64,000 nucleotides of DNA from Candidatus Latescibacterota bacterium (GCA_965237525.1 CBDEFO010000007.1:192001-256000), one strand, 5' to 3'. Positions 9,912 to 21,128 are shown, counted from the first letter of the stretch. Notes: a model not told the origin generated them from the sequence alone. A program made the numbers and translations.

Positions 9912-11456
9912 ATGGCATCCAACCGTTCTCACAAATCATCCGCGGCAGCCCAAGGCACCTTCTGGAATCACCTTTTTGCTCCAGTTGATATCGCCTCCCT
10001 CGTTTACTTCCGTATCGCCTTTGGTGTGATCATGCTCTGGGAGGTGTATCGCTACTTCGATCATGGCTGGATCCATCGCTACTTCATTGACCCGACCTTT
10101 TACTTCAAGTACTATGGTTTTGAATGGATACGACCGTTGCCTGGCCACGGCATGTATCTGCACTTCTTAGTCCTCGCTGCACTCGCCATCTGTATCGTCC
10201 TCGGCCTGTGGTACCGTATCAGTGCCACACTCTTTTTCGTAGGATTCACCTACGTCTTCCTGTTAGATCAGGCGAACTATCTAAACCATTTTTATCTGAT
10301 TAGCCTAATCAGCCTGCTGCTGATCTTCGTGCCTGCGCATCCCTCTCTCTCGATCGATTCGGCTCGACGCCCAAAGATCCATTCTAACACCGCACCGGCA
10401 TGGACGCTGTGGCTGCTTCAAGCGCAGATCGGTATCGCTTATTTCTACGGTGGTCTGGCGAAGGTGAACGATGATTGGGTACATGGTGAGCCGATGCGGA
10501 TGTGGCTGGCTGCGCGCACTAGCTTTCCCATAATCGGCCCGCACTTCACCGAGGAATGGATGGTCTACCTATTCAGCTACGGTGGTCTGCTACTCGATCT
10601 ATTGATTGTCCCTTTGCTTCTATGGCAGCGAACACGCGTCTTTGGATTCGCTGCAGCTGTTGCGTTTCACCTGCTAAATGCAAAGCTCTTCAAGATAGGA
10701 ATCTTCCCATGGTTCATGATTGCCGCAACAGCGCTGTTCTTCTCTCCGGACTGGCCGCGTCTCGGCGGTCGGTGGTGGACGGTCAAAAAGCGTGAAGAAC
10801 GTCAGCCGACTGGTACGGCCTTCCTGAGTTCTGGACAGCGCGCCACAGTCGTACTGCTGGGGATCTATCTTGCACTACAACTCCTGGTGCCGCTGCGCCA
10901 CTTCCAATATCCTGGGAATGTGGGCTGGACGGAGGAGGGACACCGCTTTGCATGGCACATGAAGCTGCGCACCAAGAAAGTTAAGGCAAGGTTCTTTGCA
11001 ACCGACCCGGTGAATCATACGACCTGGGAGGTCAATCCAAAGAATTACCTGACTCGTCGGCAGCGGAAGAAGATGCCTAAACGACCAGATATGATCCTGC
11101 AGTTCTGCCGCTACATTGCCAGTGAACTGCGCAAGGAGGGCTACGATCAGATCGAGGTTCGAGCGAGGGTCTTGGCATCTCTAAACGGGCGCAAACACCA
11201 GTTACTAATCGATCCAACGGTTAATCTGGCTTCGAAACCGCGCACGCTGATGTCAGAACCATGGATCGTGCCCCTGATAGAACTACTACCAAACGCAAGA
11301 ATAGGACCGAAAGAGCGACAGAAAGTGTGGGAGAACCATCAGTTTGGAATGAGAGCCTCGAAGACAAGGCTGAACCCGGACGAGCCGCGAAGTATCTTTG
11401 GAGCGATTTTCAGATATTCTCAGAAAATACAAACTTTCCGAATCACTGTGGGTTGA
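9912..11456 (+). CDS. HTTM-domain vitamin K-dependent gamma-glutamyl carboxylase homologue
   Basis: DIASLVYFRIAFG, YLNHFYL, YFYGGLAK, WTEEGHRFAWHMKLR, PDMILQF, SLNGR. Confidence 0.9.
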   Translation: MASNRSHKSSAAAQGTFWNHLFAPVDIASLVYFRIAFGVIMLWEVYRYFDHGWIHRYFIDPTFYFKYYGFEWIRPLPGHGMYLHFLVLAALAICIVLGLWYRISATLFFVGFTYVFLLDQANYLNHFYLISLISLLLIFVPAHPSLSIDSARRPKIHSNTAPAWTLWLLQAQIGIAYFYGGLAKVNDDWVHGEPMRMWLAARTSFPIIGPHFTEEWMVYLFSYGGLLLDLLIVPLLLWQRTRVFGFAAAVAFHLLNAKLFKIGIFPWFMIAATALFFSPDWPRLGGRWWTVKKREERQPTGTAFLSSGQRATVVLLGIYLALQLLVPLRHFQYPGNVGWTEEGHRFAWHMKLRTKKVKARFFATDPVNHTTWEVNPKNYLTRRQRKKMPKRPDMILQFCRYIASELRKEGYDQIEVRARVLASLNGRKHQLLIDPTVNLASKPRTLMSEPWIVPLIELLPNARIGPKERQKVWENHQFGMRASKTRLNPDEPRSIFGAIFRYSQKIQTFRITVG

Positions 11457-11709
11457 GAGGTTTTCCTTGAAACGTAACAATTTTCTTTGTTGGTTGTATC
11501 AAATGTTCAGTTTCCATAAAGCCATCCACGTATAAGATTGTCAATATTTGTAGATCCTAAAGGGGGTTCAACCTTTTTTAAATTTTCCACAAAGCGTGAT
11601 TGTAGTCACAGACAGGAAGTTTGTCCAGCATTATCTTTGGTTATGATTTCCACAACACACTTTTATAGTTGGTGAATACGCCTGTCTACCGGGGAGGTGT
11701 GATCAACCT

Positions 11710-12732
11710 ATGGGCAAATTTGCCCTTATTCTGGTGGCGAGCTTTACGTTTGTGTTTGCCACCGTAAAAAATGACCTTAATAAGATCAGCGAAGACGTAG
11801 TTGACACCTTTGCGGATCACTATGAACAGGTTGCAACTCGCGTCACGGCTGCAAGCGCAGCCAACATAGCCTTAGGGGAGCTTACGAACGACGATACGTT
11901 TACAGGGGAAGGCTACAGCAACATAAGTCTAAATGCTGGCACCTTCAGTATCGGCGTGGCAGATTCGACTGTTGTGGTGACCCTATCCTCCAACCAGAAC
12001 CTGATAACTGCCACAGCAATCACAGTAGGTGATACCTCCTCCAGTTCCGTTACTGCTGATAAAAAGAGCATTTTACCTGTAATCTCGGCATCAGTTAGTG
12101 TAAATGCAAGCATTGCAGGATTTTTTGACGACGATGAGGATGGAGATGGAGACGGAGATGATGACGACGAGGAAAGTGTCGATTTTCCTGGGATCAATTT
12201 TGCAAGTTCTTCTGATAGTTCGGCTTTAATTCTGAAAGGCAACGCCGAGGTTAACGGTTCTGCTTCAATGGCTGTTGTCGCCAGCTTCCCCGATCTCGAA
12301 GAACTTATGGACAAAATTAAAGATCTTGAGTTTTATGACGAATATTTGACCGACACCAGCATCAGTGGGTTTAAGAGGTACGGGAGTATGCCCAGCGATC
12401 CCGAGATCACATATCTTGAACCGAGTGACGGTAGTGTAAGCCTGTCAGGCAATGTCGAAGGAGCGGGTCTTCTGATCGTGGATGCTGAGGAATTGGATCT
12501 GTCCGGCCAATTCAGTTGGGAGGGTGTGGTAATGATAGTCGGCGAAAATGTTGATGTCAAAATGTCTGGACAGTCATATATACCTAGAGCGTTTATGCTG
12601 GAAGCTGATTCAGCGACGATAAAGATTAGCGGCAATGCCCAGATCATGTACGACGAAGAGGCGATTACTAATACGAAGAATAATCTTCCAAGGAAATACT
12701 ACTACGCTGTAAATAGTTGGAGAGAACATTAA
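11710..12732 (+). CDS. Exported/membrane-anchored acidic protein (PilX-like N-terminus, beta-rich C-terminus)
   Basis: MGKFALILVASF hydrophobic N-terminus; DDDEDGDGDGDDDDEE tract; repeated (I/L)SGN-type beta motifs; RBS GGAGGTG. Confidence 0.6.
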   Translation: MGKFALILVASFTFVFATVKNDLNKISEDVVDTFADHYEQVATRVTAASAANIALGELTNDDTFTGEGYSNISLNAGTFSIGVADSTVVVTLSSNQNLITATAITVGDTSSSSVTADKKSILPVISASVSVNASIAGFFDDDEDGDGDGDDDDEESVDFPGINFASSSDSSALILKGNAEVNGSASMAVVASFPDLEELMDKIKDLEFYDEYLTDTSISGFKRYGSMPSDPEITYLEPSDGSVSLSGNVEGAGLLIVDAEELDLSGQFSWEGVVMIVGENVDVKMSGQSYIPRAFMLEADSATIKISGNAQIMYDEEAITNTKNNLPRKYYYAVNSWREH

Positions 12733-12903
12733 ACAGGTGTAGGTAGGCAGTATAGAAGCGCTCCTTGAAAATCACAAGACGTTTTCTCTTTCCCAGAAGA
12801 CTTTAGTAAAAGTAGAATCAGCAATTCACTTTGCTTCCTGGGAAACTCAAACACTGCTCGTAAACTTCTATTTTTTAACTTGCTTGGCGAGTCACTTCCC
12901 TAG

Positions 12904-12916
12904 TGCAACTTTTGCA
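12904..12916. promoter_or_regulatory. Putative enhancer-binding-protein site TGCAA-N3-TTGCA
   Basis: TGCAACTTTTGCA about 100 bp upstream of a sigma54 promoter; motif recurs at 13916 and 14026. Confidence 0.6.
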
Positions 12917-13014
12917 TTAGTCCCCCATCCTCACTGAGGATCCCCTTTTACACGAAATCTATTAACTCTAGATAATACCTTGTTTTAACATGACTTATGC
13001 CAATTCTACTTTTA

Positions 13015-13031
13015 TTGGCATTATATTTGCT
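13015..13031 (+). promoter_or_regulatory. Sigma54 (-24/-12) promoter
   Basis: TTGGCATTATATTTGCT with exact GG-N10-GC spacing. Confidence 0.75.
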
Positions 13032-13142
13032 AGCTTAAAAGGGACGAAAGGGCAAATCTTCACTTGAAGTCGATGTAATAAAACTCTAAAGGTCCTTTAT
13101 ATGAACCGCGTCTAATTTATAGCATCTCCGGTTATCGTCTAT

Positions 13143-13895
13143 ATGCTGTCGTTTGGGGATATGACTTCCAGTCCAAATCCGTCGGAAAGCTGGATAGACA
13201 TTTCTCTGATGGATGACTACACCGAATCCCCGATTTACTTGGAATCAGAGAGGACCAATCCTCTATCAGATACCGTTGGGACAGCAGATCTGGCTATCTC
13301 ACGATACGACTCCCTGATCAAGAAATATTCAGATCAGCACGGTTTCGACTGGCTGCTTATTGCCGCCTTGATCTGGGAGGAGTCCCGGTTTGATCCAAAA
13401 GCCATCAGCCGCTCCAGGGCCAAGGGGCTGATGCAGATTATGCCACAGACTGCGCAAGAGTTGAAGTTAGTCAAGATATACGATCCTGAATCCAATATCT
13501 GTGCGGGTGTTAAATACTTTAAAAGGCAGTGTGAACTCTTCCGACAGGAGGAGGGGATAGAGCTTGTACGCTTTGCTTTAGCGAGTTATCACAGTGGGTT
13601 TGGCCGCGTGGTGGATGCTCAGAAGATAGCCCGGCACATCGGTCTTCCGACGGACAGTTGGGAATCTTTGAGAAAGACGCTCCCTATGCTCGACAGGAAA
13701 CAGAGTCAACTACATCGGCGCATCTGGGCCAAACCCAGGCCGAGACACGGGTTCTACCGGGGTGCCAGAAGGACTATCGCCTACGTAGAATTAGTTGAGA
13801 AAAAATATATGGAATATCAAAAGTTAGCTGGTCTGGATGTTCAGGACCGGGAATTGGCTGCAATCTATCAACGCTCAAAGGAGGATTTGTATTAA
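13143..13895 (+). CDS. Lytic transglycosylase (SLT domain, MltF-like C-terminus)
   Basis: LIAALIWEESRFDP, AKGLMQIMP, ALASYHSG; an in-frame upstream ATG at 13101 is cut off by TAA at 13113-13115. Confidence 0.88.
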   Translation: MLSFGDMTSSPNPSESWIDISLMDDYTESPIYLESERTNPLSDTVGTADLAISRYDSLIKKYSDQHGFDWLLIAALIWEESRFDPKAISRSRAKGLMQIMPQTAQELKLVKIYDPESNICAGVKYFKRQCELFRQEEGIELVRFALASYHSGFGRVVDAQKIARHIGLPTDSWESLRKTLPMLDRKQSQLHRRIWAKPRPRHGFYRGARRTIAYVELVEKKYMEYQKLAGLDVQDRELAAIYQRSKEDLY

Positions 13896-13914
13896 ACTGT
13901 TCATGTGAAAGCAA

Positions 13915-14038
13915 GTGCAACGCTTGCACAAATTGTAGTGATCACTATAAATTACATATCCTGCTAATTCTTCTGAATTTAACTCTCTTTTTAACCGTAA
14001 TATGCGCTGCAACACCGATGTTACATGCAATAGTTGCA
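13915..14038. promoter_or_regulatory. Two further TGCAA-N3-TTGCA palindromes
   Basis: GTGCAACGCTTGCAC (13915-13929) and TGCAATAGTTGCA (14026-14038). Confidence 0.55.
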
Positions 14039-14070
14039 CTTATTCTTTAAGTGGGTCGGAGAATTAGGAC

Positions 14071-14535
14071 ATGGACTTGCCGAATCATATCTTCGATACT
14101 GATCTGCTTGTTCCGAAACTGAGATCGTCTGATAAGATTGGAGCTATCAAAGAACTCGTTGATGTGATGTATAAAGCAAATTACGTGAAAGATAGCCTGG
14201 GATTTCTGCAGTCGGTGCTGGAAAGGGAGGACATCGAAAGCACAGTAGTGGATGACGGTGTGGCGTTTCCTCACGCAAGAAGCAGGTGTGTCGAAAAGCT
14301 CGGCGTAGCTGTGGGGATATCCCGCAAAGGGGTGGATTTCCGTCCGGAGCAGGACGATGCACCAGTCCATCTTATCTGCCTTTTTGCTGTTCCTCCGTCA
14401 GTTTCCGGTTCGTATCTGTCTCTGCTATCTTCGCTGTCCAAGGTTCTGGAGGATAATAGGCTAAAGCATAACCTTGCCGAATGCCATTCAGCCAATGAGA
14501 TATATGAATTGTTCTTTCAGAGGATGAACGGTTAA
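14071..14535 (+). CDS. PTS IIA domain protein (fructose/nitrogen-regulatory PtsN-like)
   Basis: VLERE...ST...GVAFPHAR phospho-His motif. Confidence 0.88.
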   Translation: MDLPNHIFDTDLLVPKLRSSDKIGAIKELVDVMYKANYVKDSLGFLQSVLEREDIESTVVDDGVAFPHARSRCVEKLGVAVGISRKGVDFRPEQDDAPVHLICLFAVPPSVSGSYLSLLSSLSKVLEDNRLKHNLAECHSANEIYELFFQRMNG

Positions 14536-14667
14536 TCAGAATTATTAATATCTTTTGCAACGGATAATCTACTTTTTTACCCAATAAGTTCATCGAACCA
14601 CCTCGTGGTCTGATGTTGACTTTTGAGGGTGCCCTTAGCTTAACACAGGAGGTCCATTTTGGGTCAT

Positions 14668-15504
14668 ATGTTAAAAGATGTCTTTGACGACAATCAGGTT
14701 TCCCTGAAGACATATTTTTCAGAGATAGTGGACTCGCAGCCTCTGTCCCTGGAGGAAGAGATGCAATTAGCTCAGCGAATAAAGAATGGAGACGAAAAAG
14801 CGCGGAACAAACTCGTAGAGGCGAATCTGCGTTTTGTAGTTGATACAGCCAAAGAATACAGAAACAGAAGCCTTCCACTTTCAGAGTTGATCAGCGCTGG
14901 GAACATGGGTTTGATGATTGCAGCTGAAAGATACGATGGAACTAAAGGATATAAGTTTATCTCCTACGCCGTATGGTGGATACGTCAGGCTATATTGCAG
15001 GCTCTTTCTCAAGATTCCAGGATGGTGCGGATCCCGCCCAACAGGATGAGTTTGCTTAGAAACATCTCCAGGACATCCCGAGCTCTCGAGCAGGAAATGG
15101 AGGGAGATCCGGGTGTGGAGGACATAGCAAAAGAGTTGGGAATATCGGCGGATTCGGTGGAGACAACCTTGCAGATGGGATGGGACGTAAAATCCCTGGA
15201 CGAGCCGTTCTTGGACGACGATGAACACAGTCTGCACGATCTGCTGCCGGATATGGCTCAGACGCTGCCGGACACCTCGGTGATGGAAAAATCTTCGACC
15301 GAGCAGATAGAGTTGGTGCTTTCCGAGTTGAAGGAGCGAGAGGTGCAGGTTCTCAGGCTGTACTTTGGCCTGGATGGAAACGATCCGCTCACCTTGGAGG
15401 AGGTCGGTGAAAGGATCAATTTAACTCGCGAAAGAGTGCGCCAGATAAAGGAAACAGCCCTGCGCAAACTGCGCCATCCAAAGCGCCGCGCTATGCTCAC
15501 TTGA
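14668..15504 (+). CDS. RNA polymerase sigma70 factor, RpoD/RpoS-like (no region 1.1)
   Basis: LVEANLRFVV, KFISYAVWWIRQ, TLEEVG...TRERVRQI; ATG at 14668 chosen. Confidence 0.93.
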   Translation: MLKDVFDDNQVSLKTYFSEIVDSQPLSLEEEMQLAQRIKNGDEKARNKLVEANLRFVVDTAKEYRNRSLPLSELISAGNMGLMIAAERYDGTKGYKFISYAVWWIRQAILQALSQDSRMVRIPPNRMSLLRNISRTSRALEQEMEGDPGVEDIAKELGISADSVETTLQMGWDVKSLDEPFLDDDEHSLHDLLPDMAQTLPDTSVMEKSSTEQIELVLSELKEREVQVLRLYFGLDGNDPLTLEEVGERINLTRERVRQIKETALRKLRHPKRRAMLT

Positions 15505-15729
15505 TCTGTTAGTGGCTTGCCATCTGTATTAAGTCCCTTACCACATCTATCGACGCATTTCTGTTCAGACTTTGTCTGGAATTCTTAAGTGCTCTTGATC
15601 GGCCATTAACTGGGCGATGAGTCTGTCCACGTTTGCGGCTATCTTCTGATGCCCTTCCAATTGCAGCCTGTGCTGTTTGAGCTCTTTTTTCTCTGTGATC
15701 GTATCTTCCTCTCCTAGTCTTCAGGAATA

Positions 15730-15769
15730 ACTAAAAGCCGCAGGGTCAAGTAACCGTGCGGCTTTTAGT
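15730..15769. terminator. Probable bidirectional intrinsic terminator
   Basis: ACTAAAAGCCGCA...TGCGGCTTTTAGT inverted repeat with A/T tails. Confidence 0.65.
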
Positions 15770-15999
15770 GTGCTCTATAATCTTTATCGGTTTTTCTGAG
15801 GGGTCCCCTCTGGAATTTGCTACGGAGAGGCATCCCACAGTTATTACGTTTTCAATAGGTGTTGATGTGCAGAATCTATAGTCATTTTCTTACTATTTCT
15901 CAAACATATCGAACTTGAGAGAAATGTCTCTGGTCAAAAAATTCTCATGTCTGTTCCTTTACAGTGATCTTATAGGGAAAATCTGAAGCTTTCACGACA

Positions 16000-16028
16000 T
16001 TGACACCTGTGGATATTTTTATTATATT
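16000..16028 (+). promoter_or_regulatory. Sigma70-type promoter for gatCA
   Basis: TTGACA-17 nt-TATATT. Confidence 0.7.
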
Positions 16029-16074
16029 TTTGAGTGTGTTCAAGTAGCTTTGGACTTTAGAATCGGGGAAAAGG

Positions 16075-16437
16075 ATGCAGGATAAATCCGTAGATTTAGA
16101 TATCGTGGAGAAGATGGCTCAGCTTGCTTATTTAGAGCTGAGCCAAGAAGATAAGGGGGATTTCCCCAGGGAGCTTGCGAGCGTACTGGAGAATATCCAC
16201 TTTCTTATGACTGTGGATGTCACAGGGGTTGAGGCTACTTATCAGGTGCTCCCTTTAAGGTTTCTGTCCGTTTCAAGGAAGCAGGATAAGGCTACAAAAT
16301 CTCTCACGGCGGATGAAAGGAAGATAATATTTGAGAATGCTCCTGATAAAAGGGACTACTACGACGCGGACGATCGTGAGAAAGCTGAACCAACGGTGTA
16401 TTTTACTATGCCAAAGCTTATGCAGGATCACGGATAG
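16075..16437 (+). CDS. gatC: Asp/Glu-tRNA amidotransferase subunit C
   Basis: VEKMAQLAYLEL, VDVTGVEAT, NAP...YFTMPK; directly upstream of gatA. Confidence 0.8.
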   Translation: MQDKSVDLDIVEKMAQLAYLELSQEDKGDFPRELASVLENIHFLMTVDVTGVEATYQVLPLRFLSVSRKQDKATKSLTADERKIIFENAPDKRDYYDADDREKAEPTVYFTMPKLMQDHG

Positions 16438-16443
16438 CCCGAA

Positions 16444-17961
16444 ATGGCAGATATGAATCTTACGATACACGAACTCCACGAAACGCTTATAAGTGGGGAA
16501 GCCTCGTCCGTAGAGCTTACGAGAGGTCTGATAGATAACATAAGGCGCCTTGATCCAGATCTAAACTCTTTTATAACTGTGACGGAGGAAGAGGCGTTAA
16601 GCTCGGCAGAGGATGCAGACAGAAGGATAAAGGCTGGAGATGATGTCGATCCCCTTTTGGGTATTCCTTATGCAGTGAAGGATATAATATGCACCAAGGG
16701 CATAAGGACAACGTGTGCCTCGAAGATCTTGGAGGACTTTGTGCCCCCCTATGACGCGACGGTCATAAAAAGGCTCAAATCTTTGGGAGCAGTGTTGCTG
16801 GGAAAGACAAATCTGGATGAGTTTGCTATGGGGTCATCTACGGAAACGTCTTTTTACGGTACGACCCATAATCCATGGGATGTGTCTTTCAGCCCGGGAG
16901 GGTCGAGCGGAGGGTCTGCTGCTGCGGTGGCTGCCAATGAGTGTGTCTTTTCGCTGGGGACGGATACTGGAGGATCGATTCGGCTTCCGGCGAGCTTTTG
17001 CGGTGTGGTGGGATTGAGACCTACCTACGGGAGGGTTTCTCGCTACGGACTGGTTCATTTTTCTTCTTCGATGGACGCTATCGGGCCAATAACCAAGGAC
17101 GTGGAGGACTGCGCCCTTGTTATGAATGCTATATCTGGATGGGATCGCGTAGACGTGACATGCGCAAGATTAGATGTACCCGATTATATACAGCTTATTA
17201 AAGCTCCCAGGAAGAAGCTGACCGTTGGAATCTCGGACGATTTCCTCGATTTCCAGATAGGAAACAGGATAGTAGAGGTAGATGTTAATATAAGAGAAAC
17301 TTTTCTTTCTCTTGTGGAAAGACTTAGAGATTATGCCCAGTTTGAAAGTGTGAATGTGGAGAAACATAAGCTCGAGTATCTGGGCTATACTATTCCTACA
17401 TATCAGCTATTGTGTAGCTCGGAGGCAAGCTCGAATCTGGCAAGGTACGACGGGACGATTTACGGTCACAGATCATACGGAAGTTACACGGATCCTGTGG
17501 AGATGATGATAAAAACCAGGGGAGAGGGATTCGGCAAAGAGGTGAAAAGGAGGATAATGATAGGGACTTACTATTTGAGTGCGGGATTTCAGGATGAGTA
17601 TTTCACAAGGGCTCAAAAGGTCAGGACTCTCATAAGGCGGGATCTGGAAAAAGTCCTGTCCCGATGTGATGTTTTAGTGGCTCCGACAACAGCACAGGAG
17701 GCGTTCAAGATAGGCTCTCTTTCCGACGATCCTGTCAAAATGCATCTAACGGATATATGTGTAGCTCCTGCGGGGTTAGCGGGGATTCCGTCCATAACAG
17801 TACCTGGCGGATTTTCCAACGGCCTTCCTATCGGATTTCAGATAATGGGCAACCAGTTCGATGAGGGAACAGTTATGCAGGTGGCGTATGCGATAGAGCA
17901 AGTCGTAAGGGAGAAGGAAGACATAGAGAGCCACTTTGCAGAAAAGGTGGATGGTGTTTAG
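16444..17961 (+). CDS. gatA: Asp/Glu-tRNA amidotransferase subunit A
   Basis: [53 protein letters not shown]. Confidence 0.95.
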   Translation: MADMNLTIHELHETLISGEASSVELTRGLIDNIRRLDPDLNSFITVTEEEALSSAEDADRRIKAGDDVDPLLGIPYAVKDIICTKGIRTTCASKILEDFVPPYDATVIKRLKSLGAVLLGKTNLDEFAMGSSTETSFYGTTHNPWDVSFSPGGSSGGSAAAVAANECVFSLGTDTGGSIRLPASFCGVVGLRPTYGRVSRYGLVHFSSSMDAIGPITKDVEDCALVMNAISGWDRVDVTCARLDVPDYIQLIKAPRKKLTVGISDDFLDFQIGNRIVEVDVNIRETFLSLVERLRDYAQFESVNVEKHKLEYLGYTIPTYQLLCSSEASSNLARYDGTIYGHRSYGSYTDPVEMMIKTRGEGFGKEVKRRIMIGTYYLSAGFQDEYFTRAQKVRTLIRRDLEKVLSRCDVLVAPTTAQEAFKIGSLSDDPVKMHLTDICVAPAGLAGIPSITVPGGFSNGLPIGFQIMGNQFDEGTVMQVAYAIEQVVREKEDIESHFAEKVDGV

Positions 17962-18002
17962 ATTTTAGTTGTGGGAAAAGTCGAAATGACCTATCTTTAA
18001 AC

Positions 18003-18031
18003 TTGACAAAGACTTAATTTCGATTTATTAT
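18003..18031 (+). promoter_or_regulatory. Sigma70-type promoter at the head of the polysaccharide locus
   Basis: TTGACA-17 nt-TATTAT. Confidence 0.65.
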
Positions 18032-18246
18032 ATGCCACGTACAGAGCAATCTTTCCTGTATGTCTTTACTGATAAAAAGTGCGATGAAAGTAGATAAAAT
18101 TAAGATTAGCACAAATCTATTTTAATGACAATGTGACCAAGGTCACTGAACAAAAGTTTAAATAATATGATCTTTAGACATAATCGGGTATCACCGTAAA
18201 ATGATCAGTTTGCTCACGCGACTGTGAGTGCATCAGGTTAGGAGCA

Positions 18247-20875
18247 ATGAATACTAAAGAGACTGAAAGACCTCGTACACACTCGATCCGATATTTGATA
18301 GATATATTGTTCAGAAGAAAATGGGTGATCTTGCTGTGCCTTTGCGGAGTGTTGGCTCCTATAGTTTATCACAATGAGATGTCCTTGCCTGTCTATCAAG
18401 CCAAGACGACTATTGTAGTTCAGGAGTCAAGGAGTCCTATACCCAGTTCGGCGGACTTATCCGAATCGATCTTTGGAAAAAAGACGTTCATAAGCAATCA
18501 GATTCAGGAGATCAAAAGCAGGACGCTTGCTGAAGAAGTCGTAAGGAATCTTCCTGAGGAAGTTAAGGAGAGCTTTCCTGAGCCCGATCCACTCCTTCGT
18601 TCGTTTAACTTCGACAGGTTCTTAGCATCACAGATCCGCAACAGCATCTCGGCTGATCAGATCAGGGAGGCAGATGTTATAAATATACAGGTGGAATCCT
18701 ACGATGCCGGAGCGTGCGCTGTAATCGCCAATACAGTGACAAAGGTGCTCCAAGATAGGAGCCTGGATGTAAATCGCGAAGCAGTTACCGAGGTTAGAAA
18801 GTTAATTGGGAAACAGTTGAAAGACTATAAAGAGCTCTTAGAGGCCGCTGAGGAGGATTTAAAGTCTTTTAAAGAGGAAAACAAAGTAGTCCTTCTGGAC
18901 GATGAGGCACGTGAGATATTAAGGAGAATAACCGAGGCTGAAAGGTTACATAGTGCTGTTATGTCGGAAAAGAAGGGAGTTTTAGCCGGTTTAGAGATAG
19001 TGGAGAAGAGACTATCACAGGAGAAGGATAAGATTATACCGTCGGCTACACAGGCGACGATCTTCTGGTCGAACGAACTGCAGGGAATGACTTCCTCATT
19101 GAACGAACTGAAGATGAAACTATTAGAACTTCAGACTTCGCGCGACAAATTGGAGATTGAGGGCTATTCTGAAGATCATCAGAAGATAAAAGAATTCGAT
19201 AAAGATATAGAAAGGGCTAAAACAAAGTTGGCTCAGGAGGCTTTAAAGATAATAGATCAGGAGAATATCTTGGATCCACTATCCCAGATGCAAGATCTAG
19301 CTGAGAGATCCGTCCAGATGAGCATAAACCTGGAGACATTGGATGCACGGTAAAAGGCGCTCAGGACGATAATTGATTCTTACGAGGATGGTCTCACCTC
19401 CCTGCCCAAGAAGGAATTGCAGTTGGCGCAATTGACAAGGAGTAAAGAGGTAAATAATAGTATATACATGATGCTACGTCGTAAGTACGAGGAAGCGCGA
19501 ATAAACGAAGCCGGTAAATTGGCAAATATAAGAGTGATCGATCCTGCGGAAGTCCCTTCTGGTCCTATAAGACCGAGGAAGGGACTTAATCTATTGATAG
19601 GTCTTATAGTCGGATCGATATTAGGACTTGGCCTGGCTCTATTCTTGGAGTCTCTGGATACTTCACTCAAGACTATAGAGGATGTGGAAAACTACGTCGA
19701 TCTTCCTATGATGGGATCTATTATGCTGATGAAGAATGTGGCCAACGGTAAGTCAAGAAGAAGACGCAAGGATGAACAGGATGCAGAAGTCACTAACATC
19801 GCTGAGCATCTGATCACAGCTTATAATCCCAATTCGCCCTATTCAGAGGGATATAGGACCATCAGGACGAATTTACAATTTTCGGGAGTGGACCGGCAAT
19901 TAAGAACGGTTTTAGTCACCAGCCCTGAGCCTCAAGATGGCAAGTCTATCACAACGGCGAATTTGGCTATAGCGGCTGCTCAGGTAGGTCTCAGGACGCT
20001 TGTTGTGGATACTGACTTGAGGCGGACCCGTAATTCACCATCTCTTCAACGTGGACAGGGAGCCAGGCATCACTAATATCTTGACCAAAAGCGCCGAGAT
20101 GGATGAGTCTATAAGACACACCGATATCGAGAACTTAGATCTTCTGCCCTGCGGTGTTCTGCCGCCCAATCCTTCGGAGATATTGGCTTCGCAGAGTATG
20201 AGAGACGTTTTGGAAGAACTTAAAAAGCGCTACGACGTTGTGTTTTTTGACTCCCCTCCAGCTATAGCTGTTACAGACGCTTCGGTTTTAGGGGCCCAGA
20301 CGGATGGTGTGTCCCTAGTTCTACGGTCTGGTAAGACAAGCGCGGAAGCAGCGCTGCGAGCGAAGACGCTTCTGGAGAACGGCCAGGCCAAGGTCATCGG
20401 AACGATTCTCAACGGTATAGACATAGAGCATACTTATGGAAAATATGGCTATTATTATTACCATTACTACTATTATTATTCGTCAGATGAGGATGGCGAC
20501 GGCCAGGTCAGGAAAGGTAAAAAGAGGGGGACGCATCGCCGCCAGAGTCGTTCGATCTGGAAATTGATAGTTCCGATCTTGGTTCTCCTCATAGTAGGCG
20601 GCATCTTGGCGAGAGAGAGCATACTGGAGTTTATAGGATCCGATATCCCTTATCTTAATTCCCTCTTGAGGGATAAAAAGGATGATTCTGGTGATGAGAC
20701 AATGTCATCTGATAGAGTAGGAAGAGACTTGTCGGGTGAGTCAGAGAGCGCCCAGACTGCCGGTTTAGATCTCCAAGATGTGAAAGGAGTTCCTGTTATA
20801 TCAGGCATAAACCAAAGCGCTTCACAGGAGAAAACACCCTCTCGGAGTGAACCCGATGGCTTGAATACTAAGTGA
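18247..20875 (+). pseudogene. wzc: Polysaccharide co-polymerase/tyrosine autokinase (Wzc/GumC-like), disrupted
   Basis: Wzz-type N-terminus, coiled coil, TM2, Walker A PEPQDGKS, DTDLRR, DSPP, Tyr cluster; in-frame TAA at 19351-19353 and a frameshift near 20025. Confidence 0.88.
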
Positions 20876-21128
20876 CGAATGTTGAGATTAGGTACTACGA
20901 GCTTGAGTTTAAGATCTGGACGGTTAGACGAACGTCTTTTTTTATTTGTAGGTGAGGAGTTGGCACCCATAGATTCAAGATACGTTTTGAAGGAATGGTT
21001 ATAGCAAAGATGAATAGTGCACTGGTGTCTAAATATCTAAAGATTACTATCTTACTGCTCTTGGGCTCCCCTTTACAAAAGCTACAGGTCAAGCTATAGT
21101 CAGCTTTTCAGAGAGTGGAGAATTAAGC

